Origin: Candidatus Micrarchaeia archaeon
GTDB lineage: Archaea > Micrarchaeota > Micrarchaeia > Micrarchaeales > CABMGC01
DNA length: 41,430 nt
Direction: 5' to 3'
NCBI GenBank assembly: GCA_049976845.1
Contig: JBMFHL010000002.1
Coordinates: 1 to 41,430, forward strand
The position numbers and the translations under genes are program-made. The notes below the pieces were generated by a model. That model did no database searches, was not told where the DNA came from, and saw only the letters and a program-made list of their open reading frames with translations. How positions within the stretch are numbered: the stretch's first letter is position 1; every line of letters starts with the position of its first letter. Below are positions 16,681 to 23,611 of this stretch, one piece after another.

Positions 16681-17049
16681 TCAGCAGCTTACTGCGCTTA
16701 TGTTGTTGCCAAACCCTGCCACCATGTTGACTACAGAAGGTGCAATTACTACTAGTATTATGCCTACTATGCCGCCTAGTATCATACCTAGAGCCCATCC
16801 TTGCATAGAGCCTTTAAGCTGGCCTGTTGTAGGTAGAAAGTGCGCTACAGCATAAAGCACGCCGCCAGCTAAGAACATCACCAGTGCAAATAGGGATATT
16901 ATGCTCCTTACAGTGCCGACTATGCCGCAGAATGTGGAGCTCAGTGTGGAAATTGAATTCACACTAGTCGAAGCGGCGCTTGCAAATCCTGTTATAACAC
17001 TTGCAAACAAAACGTAGTACATTACCTTCCATAAGTTCATTCCATTCAT
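16681..17049 (-). CDS. VirB2/TrbC-like pilin candidate (signal peptide plus two-helix hairpin)
   Basis: 122 aa. Signal MNLWKVMYYVLFASVITGFASA with an A-x-A site. Mature ~95 aa: short polar N-terminus, helix 1 IISLFALVMFLAGGVLYAVAHFL, polar/basic loop PTTGQLKGSMQG, helix 2 WALGMILGGIVGIILVVIAPSVV, short tail ending in Cys. This is the canonical layout of T4SS VirB2/TrbC and archaeal CedA1/TedC pilins. It has its own TATA box and oligo-T terminator. Confidence 0.6.
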   Translation of the reverse strand: MNGMNLWKVMYYVLFASVITGFASAASTSVNSISTLSSTFCGIVGTVRSIISLFALVMFLAGGVLYAVAHFLPTTGQLKGSMQGWALGMILGGIVGIILVVIAPSVVNMVAGFGNNISAVSC

Positions 17050-17064
17050 GGAAACACCATTCAG

Positions 17065-17076
17065 TATATATAAAAT
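17065..17076 (-). promoter_or_regulatory. Putative TATA box for the pilin-like gene
   Basis: The minus strand reads attttatatata, 16-27 nt upstream of the ATG at 17049 (leaderless-type spacing). Confidence 0.4.
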
Positions 17077-17124
17077 AACAGGGTTTAAATATCTTTCTCA
17101 ATTTTTGTTTATTTTTGGAAGATG

Positions 17125-18045
17125 CTAAATCCCAAGCGTTGCAATAATCCCATCGATTATACCATGCACACCTATGCCCCCTGTTGCCCTAACAGCTATC
17201 CTATGGCTAAGTACAGGATTTGCAAGGAATTTTATATCGTCTATGCTTACCTTGTTTCTGCCTTCTGCAAGCGCCTTGGCCTTGCCGCATGCCATGAACG
17301 CTATGTCTGCCCTTGGGCTTGCGCCCATAGTTACATGTATATCTTTTCTGCTTGCATCAACAACCTTTGTTATATACTCTGCAACGTCATCAGGAAGCTC
17401 AACCTTCTTTGCCAGCTCCTGCATCTCCAATATATCATTAGTGTTTATTATCTTCTTAACAACAGTCTTTTCTTCCCTCTCCTTTATCCTAAGCATCTCC
17501 TCCTCCTCTTTCATGCTCGGATAGTCAACATCTATCTTCATCAGGAACCTGTCTGCGAGCACTTTTGGCAGAGGCTCGGTGCCCTCTATCTTTAGAGGGT
17601 TCTGCGTAGCAAAGGCAGTAAAAGGCTTCATCAGGGGCATATCTTCTCCGCCAACACTCACTTGCCTCTCCTCAAGCGTCTCTAGGAATGCGCTCATTGT
17701 TTTTGGTGGCGATCTATTAAGCTCATCAAGCAGCAGTATGTTTGTAAATATTGGGCCTTTCTTGAACTTAATTGAATTGTCCGAATCTGCATAAGTATAT
17801 CCTATAATATCCTTTGGCTCTAGATCTGGCGTCCCCTGTATCCTCTTGAAATCAGCATCTATTGTAGAAGCCATTGCCTTGGTCATTGTAGTTTTCGCAA
17901 CACCAGGTACTCCTTCGAGAAGCGCATGCCCGTCTGCAAGTATTGACAAGAAAAGAAGCTCTATAGTGTCCTGCTTTCCTGCGATATGCTTTTTCATCTC
18001 CTGCATTATCTCTAAATAAGCTTCATGGGCATCCAATGAAAACAC
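17125..18045 (-). CDS. MoxR-family AAA+ ATPase
   Basis: Walker A LLEGVPGVAKTT and Walker B ILLLDELNRSPPKT. The FLETLEERQVSV and ATQNPLKIEGTEPLP blocks are typical of MoxR/AAA_3 proteins. About 306 aa, the typical size. Confidence 0.85.
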   Translation of the reverse strand: MFSLDAHEAYLEIMQEMKKHIAGKQDTIELLFLSILADGHALLEGVPGVAKTTMTKAMASTIDADFKRIQGTPDLEPKDIIGYTYADSDNSIKFKKGPIFTNILLLDELNRSPPKTMSAFLETLEERQVSVGGEDMPLMKPFTAFATQNPLKIEGTEPLPKVLADRFLMKIDVDYPSMKEEEEMLRIKEREEKTVVKKIINTNDILEMQELAKKVELPDDVAEYITKVVDASRKDIHVTMGASPRADIAFMACGKAKALAEGRNKVSIDDIKFLANPVLSHRIAVRATGGIGVHGIIDGIIATLGI

Positions 18046-18071
18046 CAGTTGATATAGTATAGCACAAAAGA

Positions 18072-18079
18072 TTTATAAA
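18072..18079. promoter_or_regulatory. Palindromic TATA box (TTTATAAA) in a divergent intergenic region
   Basis: It lies 27 nt upstream of the MoxR ATG (18045, minus strand; leaderless spacing). It lies 65 nt upstream of the rpoF ATG (18144), which has a GGAGGT SD at 18131..18136. Confidence 0.4.
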
Positions 18080-18143
18080 GCTGAATACAAAATAAGAATA
18101 GGCACAAGCGTGCCGTTCACTGTGCAGCGTGGAGGTAATAGTA

Positions 18144-18479
18144 ATGATAGGTAAGAATCAAAGCGAGGCAGAACCAAATTCATCAGTTGATGTGCTTGGT
18201 ATACTGGAAGCAAGGAAGAAGGAGGGCGAGCTTGGCTACGAGCAGCAACTGGCATATGAGCATGTAAAGAAGTTTGCTACGTTGTCAAAGGCGCAGGCCG
18301 AGAAGTTCGAAAAGGAGTTGACTGAAATGGGCATAAGCAAGAGGCTAGCAAAAAAAATAATAGACATAATGCCTTTGAACGCCCTGCAGCTGAAGCAGGT
18401 ACTTATAATGGACAAGAGAAGCTTCGAAGACCAAACAATAGAGAAGATACTTGAAATAATAAACTCTTATAGGAAATAG
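18144..18479 (+). CDS. rpoF: DNA-directed RNA polymerase subunit Rpo4 (RpoF)
   Basis: LGYEQQLAYEHVKKFA and the helical C-terminus match archaeal RpoF/Rpb4. I prefer ATG 18144 (GGAGGT SD 7 nt upstream) over the track's GTG at 18129. The conserved archaeal neighbours DUF655 and L21e are present. Confidence 0.8.
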   Translation: MIGKNQSEAEPNSSVDVLGILEARKKEGELGYEQQLAYEHVKKFATLSKAQAEKFEKELTEMGISKRLAKKIIDIMPLNALQLKQVLIMDKRSFEDQTIEKILEIINSYRK

Positions 18480-18512
18480 TGTTTGCATGCATAATGTAGG
18501 CAAGGGATCAAC

Positions 18513-19091
18513 ATGTCTGAAGAGGAAAAAAGAGAAGAGCTTGAGGAATATGCAATTGTCATCGACTATCTGCCTACTGGAAAGTCTTTTTCTGTGAATC
18601 CCGAGCCTATAGCTCAGTTAATAGGAGAAAACAAGTTCACGCTTTTGGAGGTAGTGCCTAAGCAAGGCGCGCAGCTGAAAGTGGGTGACAGGGTATATAT
18701 AGGGAAAGGCGAAAGGGACAAGATCTCTCTCATAAAATCAAGGCTAGCATACGAGGACCTTACAGAAGGCGCAAAGAACGAACTTCCAATAGCAATAACA
18801 GCAATAATAAAAAGCAATGAAAAAAAGTTTATTGACATATTCAACAACAGCGGTCCGCTGAACATAAGGGAGCATACGCTCGAGCTCTTTCCTGGCATAG
18901 GGAAGCGCCACCTCAAAGCGATACTGCAGGCTAGGGAAGAGAAGAAATTTGAAAGCTTCAGCGACATCGTAAACAGGGTGAAGCTGCTGCAGGATCCAGT
19001 CAAGCTAATTGTAGAACGCGTCCTAATAGAGCTCAAAGGGGAGAGCAGATTCTACATGCTAACAAGGCCTTATTCAAAGCAGAGGTACTAA
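18513..19091 (+). CDS. DUF655-family protein (OB-fold plus helix-hairpin-helix, predicted nucleic-acid binding)
   Basis: EEYAIVIDYLPTGKS ... FTLLEVVPK ... LELFPGIGKRHLKAIL pattern. Conserved archaeal linkage downstream of rpoF. Confidence 0.75.
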   Translation: MSEEEKREELEEYAIVIDYLPTGKSFSVNPEPIAQLIGENKFTLLEVVPKQGAQLKVGDRVYIGKGERDKISLIKSRLAYEDLTEGAKNELPIAITAIIKSNEKKFIDIFNNSGPLNIREHTLELFPGIGKRHLKAILQAREEKKFESFSDIVNRVKLLQDPVKLIVERVLIELKGESRFYMLTRPYSKQRY

Positions 19092-19189
19092 CACCTCAAC
19101 GCCATGCTAGAACTCTAAAATTGAAGCTGCACGCAAAAAGGCATAATATTTTTGAAGCATAAAAGCTAAGAGAAAATAAACGCCGTTAA

Positions 19190-19477
19190 TCAGGATTTTT
19201 CCAAGTGCCTTTGCGGTACAATTATCTTCCTTTTGGTAGAGCGCGACATATCAACTTCTACAACGTATGCGGAGCCCCGTTTCTCAAGCACTGTACCAAC
19301 TTTTCCCCTATACCTCGGGTGGGGTATATCCCTGAAGTTGCCCTTCTGCACTATAATAGCTTTGTCGCCCACTTTGAAGTCTTTTATAAGCTTGCTTATG
19401 CCCAATTTTGATGGCTGGTGATGCCTCGCCAAGTGTCTTGTCCTTCCTACAAATAAGCCGTGTGATCTCTCGCTCAT
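19190..19477 (-). CDS. rpl21e: 50S ribosomal protein L21e
   Basis: SHGLFVGRTRHL ... FKVGDKAIIV ... PHPRYRGKVGTVLEKRGSAYVVEV ... IIVPQRHL matches L21e. I chose the start at MSERSHG (ATG 19477); the longer track ORF adds 7 unconserved residues. Confidence 0.85.
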   Translation of the reverse strand: MSERSHGLFVGRTRHLARHHQPSKLGISKLIKDFKVGDKAIIVQKGNFRDIPHPRYRGKVGTVLEKRGSAYVVEVDMSRSTKRKIIVPQRHLEKS

Positions 19478-19563
19478 ACAAATACCCAAAACATGCAAAA
19501 GAACATTATATCAAATATATATAAATATCTTTACTATCTTCTATAAAGGTATAGTGTGGTTAA

Positions 19564-19872
19564 ATGAGTAAAAAAATTCTATCTAGGCCTGAATTCAGGG
19601 TTGAAAATATTGTCGCAAGCGCCGATTTGGGCATTGATTTGGATCTTTATGGCATAGCAAAAGCATCACCTGATGTCGATTACGAGCCTGAGCAGTTTCC
19701 TGGAGCAATATGCAAGATAAGAGACCCTAAGTCAGCGCTGCTTCTGTTCAAGAACGGCAAGATAATATGCACCGGGGCAAAGACCGAAGCCGACATAAGG
19801 AAGGCGATAAACCAAGTGATAAAAATAGTGAAGAGGTTTACAATCTCCTACAAGAAGGAAGAGGAGAAGTAG
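19564..19872 (+). CDS. Single-repeat (half-size) TATA-box-binding-protein homolog
   Basis: RVENIVASADLGIDLDL ... VDYEPEQFPGAICKIRDPKSALLLFKNGKIICTGAKTEADIRKAINQVIK matches one TBP repeat motif for motif (NIVAS, YEPEQFPG, LLFxxGKIxCTGAK). It is only 102 aa. Short non-coding gaps and opposite-strand genes on both sides leave no room for a second repeat. Confidence 0.8.
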   Translation: MSKKILSRPEFRVENIVASADLGIDLDLYGIAKASPDVDYEPEQFPGAICKIRDPKSALLLFKNGKIICTGAKTEADIRKAINQVIKIVKRFTISYKKEEEK

Positions 19873-19897
19873 AAAAATACATCTATTCAATTTATCC

Positions 19898-20521
19898 TTA
19901 TCTTACCTTTCTTATCCTTTTTACTGCAATAACATATATTGTATAAAGCACTATAGCAAACACCGCAATAGAAACTATTAGTACAGTGGCGCTGCTTGCC
20001 GAAAGTGCGTAATAGCCAAAAAATACAAGAACAGTATCCCAAATAATTGAACCTGCCATTGAGTATATATAGAATTTCTTCTGCGGCATGAGCGCGAAGC
20101 CTGCTGGGAAATTGATAAGGCCTCTTACGAGCGGTATAAACCTAGAGACAAACACAGCAAACGCGCCGTTCCTAGAGAACCAACTTTCAAAAGCTTCTAT
20201 ATCCTTCTTCTTTATGTGGAATATTCCCAGGTGCCTGTACACAATGTCCTTGCCAAGGAGGTATGCAATGTAATAATCTAATGCCATGCCGAGGAAGCTG
20301 CTGAAGAAAGTAACTAGCAACGCGATATATATGTTTAAAACACCCTTTGCCGCGAAGTAGCCTATCATAGGCAGTACAACCTCGCTGGGCACAGGAAATG
20401 AAGCAGCCTCCATTGTCATAAGGCCAATTATTGCATAATAGCCATATGCATGCAATAAGCTGCTCAAAGAGGAATAAGTGAAGTCGAAAAGCGAGCTTAT
20501 ACTGAGAATTGCTAGCAGCAT
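19898..20521 (-). CDS. DedA/SNARE-associated family membrane protein
   Basis: The FPVPSEVVLPMIGYFAAKG and SRFIPLVRGLINFPAG motifs are typical of DedA. I chose the start at MLLAILS (ATG 20521), because the longer track ORF overlaps the divergent Pelota ORF extension. Confidence 0.8.
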   Translation of the reverse strand: MLLAILSISSLFDFTYSSLSSLLHAYGYYAIIGLMTMEAASFPVPSEVVLPMIGYFAAKGVLNIYIALLVTFFSSFLGMALDYYIAYLLGKDIVYRHLGIFHIKKKDIEAFESWFSRNGAFAVFVSRFIPLVRGLINFPAGFALMPQKKFYIYSMAGSIIWDTVLVFFGYYALSASSATVLIVSIAVFAIVLYTIYVIAVKRIRKVR

Positions 20522-20632
20522 GATAAGATTTTGAATGCAAAGACTTTTATAATGCAGAGCCCTATTGGCGCAGCCGCACAAAAAAGAGTGATAAATATTT
20601 GCATGCATAAGTTTATTGCCAAAAATGATTCA

Positions 20633-21676
20633 ATGAGGGTACTAAAATTCTACGATGCAAGCAATACGCTAAAGCTTCAAGCAGATTCATTCGACGATCT
20701 GTATCTGCTCCAACGCATACTTGCGCCTGGCGATGTCATAGAGGCGAGGAGCTTCAGGCGCTTCAAGACGGCAGAAGGGGACAAAGGCGAGCAGAAAGAA
20801 GTTATAATCACAATAAACATGGAAAAGGATGAATTGGACAAGGGTGCAAGCAGGCTTAGGCTCACAGGCAAGATTGTAAGCGGCAGGCCCGAAGAGTTCA
20901 TCAAACTTAATAGCTATCATACAATAAGCGTGGCTCCTGGAGACATAATAAGCATAAGCAAGCCTCTGTGGAAAGATTATATATTAAGGAGGATAAAGGA
21001 GGCAGTTGCCGATACTAAGAAAGTAAAGTTCGGTGCAATAGCATTAGACGAAGAGAAGGCGACTGTTGCAAATATAAGGGGTTACGGAATAGATGTAATC
21101 TCAGAAATATACAGCCATCTCAGCAAGAGGATGTCAATTGCGGATTATGACAAGGCGAGAACTGTTTATTTCAACGATCTTGTATCAATAATAAAAAATA
21201 TGGATGTAGACATGGTGCTTGTCGCCGGCCCAGGCTTTACGAGAGAAAATTTCAGGAAATACATGGAGGCAATGAACATAAACACAGGTAAGAAGCTGCT
21301 GTTCGTGCCTGCAAGCGATGCCGAAAGGTCAGGCATCAGGGAAGCAATGCAGGATGAAGCGGTAGCAAAGTTTTTCGAGCACGAACATACAAAAAAGGAG
21401 TTCCATCTGTTCAACATTTTCATGAATGCATTGCACTTGGGCATGTCCTTCTATGGCGTGGAGCAGGTAAAAGAAGCATTAGCCAATTACGCAATAGGCG
21501 TGGTGCTTGTCAATGATACAGTGCTTAACGACAGCTCTGTGCAAGAGGTGCTTGACATTGCAGATGCGCAGCATGTTGAAATAGAAATATTCAATGCAAG
21601 CGACGAAGCGGGCATGCAGCTCAGCGGTTTCAAGAATATAGCAGGCATATCAAGGAATGCTCTTGATAATAAATAG
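20633..21676 (+). CDS. pelA: Pelota (Dom34) mRNA surveillance / ribosome rescue factor
   Basis: MRVLKFYDASNTLKLQADSFDDLYLLQRILAPGDVIEARSFRR matches the Pelota N-terminus. The eRF1-like central and C-terminal domains (VAGPGFTRENF) are present. ATG verified at 20633. Confidence 0.85.
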   Translation: MRVLKFYDASNTLKLQADSFDDLYLLQRILAPGDVIEARSFRRFKTAEGDKGEQKEVIITINMEKDELDKGASRLRLTGKIVSGRPEEFIKLNSYHTISVAPGDIISISKPLWKDYILRRIKEAVADTKKVKFGAIALDEEKATVANIRGYGIDVISEIYSHLSKRMSIADYDKARTVYFNDLVSIIKNMDVDMVLVAGPGFTRENFRKYMEAMNINTGKKLLFVPASDAERSGIREAMQDEAVAKFFEHEHTKKEFHLFNIFMNALHLGMSFYGVEQVKEALANYAIGVVLVNDTVLNDSSVQEVLDIADAQHVEIEIFNASDEAGMQLSGFKNIAGISRNALDNK

Positions 21677-21716
21677 ACTTTTGCCTAAGAACTATAAAAC
21701 TAATCTCTCAGAAAGT

Positions 21717-22748
21717 TTATTGCGGCAATCCTGTCACATTGAATACCTGGATGCCCATGCAGTTGCTTGACCACGCTACTGCAATCCTGCTAATGCCTGT
21801 GTTTAATGTTATCGTATTTGGGCCGTATACTGTTGGGCTTTGAAGCTTCCATGCAGCTCCATTGAAGACGTTTAGCCATGCAGTAGAACTTGGTTCTTCA
21901 TAGTATGTTTCCATTGCTCCGGCAGTGTCAAGCGATATTTTTGGAGTTGTGCTCGATTTTGGCGAATATACAAGTCCATATGCCACTGTAAGCGTTGAAT
22001 TGTAAGGCATTGTGCAAAGGGAATTGCCATTGAGCGAGGAAGTTGTCTGAGGAAACTTGCCCAATGAAAAGCCTAGATAATTGCCGCTGTACTGGCTTGT
22101 GCCATAGCCATATCCGTTAGAGGATGTTATCCAGTAGCCATTCTGCACTACACTCCAATTTGCAGGTATTGTAGGATAATTTGAATACGGAGCAATAGCA
22201 TAGCCCTTAGGCCCCGCAGCTACGACTACGCTGAACGCCAACGGCTTCTTCAAAGCCTCCGTTGTGGTGAACGAACCGCTGTAAGAAGTAATGCCTGTGC
22301 CTGAGCAAGAGCCTTTTATATTCGAAAGCCCGCCGCTGCATGGCGTTGCATTTATATAATAAAAGCCTTGTATGAGCATGCCCAAGTTGGCCGTAGTTGT
22401 GTTGCCAGCTATGCATACTGCATCGCCGCCAGGGTATACAAGGCTTGGAGCGCAGATGCCTGTGAATATTGAAGACCTAACCTCTACAGTAACGCCTGTT
22501 ATATTTATTGGCACGCTCTCCGAATTTGTAAGCGCGACTATGAACATTGAATATCCTGCGCTTGAGTTCGAATAGTATTCTACAACATCGCACGCAGGCC
22601 CGCTGAAAGCAGAGCAGCTCAACGGTATTGTTGCATTTGGCACAGTTGCAAAGAAGAAGATTATGCTTGCCAGTATGCCCAGCATTATGAATAAGAAGCT
22701 GTATGTGGTCAGGAACTCCAGAGAGGATTGTGCAAGTAGTCTGCGCAT
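21717..22748 (-). CDS. Class III (type IV pilin-like) signal peptide protein with large sequon-rich C-terminal domain
   Basis: The N-terminus MRRLLAQSSLEFLTTYSFLFIMLGILASIIFF fits the archaeal prepilin consensus: basic residues, then A/G followed by Q-x-S-x-E-F/Y-L, then a hydrophobic helix. The remaining ~310 aa are Ser/Thr/Gly/Tyr-rich with N-x-S/T sites and paired Cys. Confidence 0.75.
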   Translation of the reverse strand: MRRLLAQSSLEFLTTYSFLFIMLGILASIIFFFATVPNATIPLSCSAFSGPACDVVEYYSNSSAGYSMFIVALTNSESVPINITGVTVEVRSSIFTGICAPSLVYPGGDAVCIAGNTTTANLGMLIQGFYYINATPCSGGLSNIKGSCSGTGITSYSGSFTTTEALKKPLAFSVVVAAGPKGYAIAPYSNYPTIPANWSVVQNGYWITSSNGYGYGTSQYSGNYLGFSLGKFPQTTSSLNGNSLCTMPYNSTLTVAYGLVYSPKSSTTPKISLDTAGAMETYYEEPSSTAWLNVFNGAAWKLQSPTVYGPNTITLNTGISRIAVAWSSNCMGIQVFNVTGLPQ

Positions 22749-22770
22749 GCCGATCAATAAGACTAAAGAG

Positions 22771-22789
22771 TATAAATTTATATATATTA
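22771..22789. promoter_or_regulatory. AT-rich TATA region in the divergent gap between the pilin-like gene and ksgA
   Basis: tataaatttatatatatta lies 23-42 nt from the minus-strand ATG at 22748 and 10-28 nt from the plus-strand ATG at 22799. This is compatible with two leaderless divergent promoters. Confidence 0.4.
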
Positions 22790-22798
22790 AATCTTCTC

Positions 22799-23611
22799 AT
22801 GCAAGAAACCAGTTTTCACAAGGCAAAGAAAAGCCTGGGCCAAAATTTCTTAGTGAGCAAGCGCATAGCGGTTGCTGAGGCTGTGCATGCATTGGGCAAG
22901 AATGTGGTTGAGATAGGCCCTGGCTATGGCATGCTTACCAAGGAGCTTTGCGCACGTGCCAAGCACGTAATTGCGGTGGAAAAAGACACCTATCTATACA
23001 ATACATTATTGTCCTCGCTTAGGTGCAGGAAGCTTGAATTAATAAACAACGATTTCTTCGATGTAGATGGAAGTGCGCTTGAGGAAATAAAGAATTCAGA
23101 CATAATGATTTCAAACATACCTTACAATCTCTCAAGCAAGGTAATTGGCTGGCTCGCGCTAAACAAAATGCAGGCGCTGCTTTGCTTGCAGAAGGAGTTC
23201 GTAGAGCATATGCTCGCAAGGCCCGGTGCAAAAAAATACTCCAAGCTTAGCGTCTTCTCTCAAGTATCGTTCAGCGTGACCAAGATAATGGACGTTTCAA
23301 AAGGCAATTTCCGCCCGATGCCGAATGTCGATTCAGCAATAATATACCTCAAGCCAAAAGGCATCCAAATCGACAAAACATCAGAAAGCATAATCAGTTT
23401 GCTAATGCAGCACAAGAAGAAAGAGCTGCGCAATGCAATTGTTGATTCAAGCTCTGCCATGGGGATAAGCAAGGAAGAAGCCCGCGATATCGCAAATGCT
23501 TTAGGTAGCATGCAGAGCGTCCGCGTCTACAAAATGGAGCCGAGCCAATTGCTTGAGACAGCAAACGTAATAATATCCAGAATGCTCAAGAGAGGTTCAG
23601 AAGGAGTATGA
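22799..23611 (+). CDS. rsmA: 16S rRNA (adenine-N6,N6)-dimethyltransferase KsgA/Dim1
   Basis: KKSLGQNFLVSKRIA, VVEIGPGYGMLTKEL, VIAVEKD and NIPYNLSSKVI motifs. I chose the start at MQETSF (ATG 22799). Confidence 0.85.
   Translation: MQETSFHKAKKSLGQNFLVSKRIAVAEAVHALGKNVVEIGPGYGMLTKELCARAKHVIAVEKDTYLYNTLLSSLRCRKLELINNDFFDVDGSALEEIKNSDIMISNIPYNLSSKVIGWLALNKMQALLCLQKEFVEHMLARPGAKKYSKLSVFSQVSFSVTKIMDVSKGNFRPMPNVDSAIIYLKPKGIQIDKTSESIISLLMQHKKKELRNAIVDSSSAMGISKEEARDIANALGSMQSVRVYKMEPSQLLETANVIISRMLKRGSEGV

Noticed and set aside
16613-16855. Track ORFs 16613..16798 (-) and 16655..16855 (+)
   Set aside because: They overlap the 3' part of the pilin-like CDS, its terminator and the next promoter in other frames. 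The pilin-like frame has the coherent signal-peptide and two-helix architecture.
1-17049. Integrated conjugative element or plasmid interpretation of the T4SS-like cluster
   Set aside because: No integrase, transposase, relaxase, replication gene, flanking direct repeats or adjacent tRNA target was found in the window. Signals (SD type, TATA spacing, codon feel) look the same as in the neighbouring housekeeping genes. The left boundary is outside the window, so this is not fully excluded.
18129-18143. GTG start for rpoF, and the antisense ORF 18073..18255 (-)
   Set aside because: The ATG at 18144 has a perfect GGAGGT SD at the right spacing. The antisense ORF spans the promoter gap and has a Pro/Ser/Leu-rich non-protein-like translation.
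20522-20632. Long forms of the DedA (to 20608) and Pelota (from 20531) ORFs, which would overlap head-to-head
   Set aside because: Both extensions are unconserved, Cys/His-rich and mutually overlapping. Internal ATGs (20521 and 20633) give canonical family N-termini and leave a normal divergent promoter gap.
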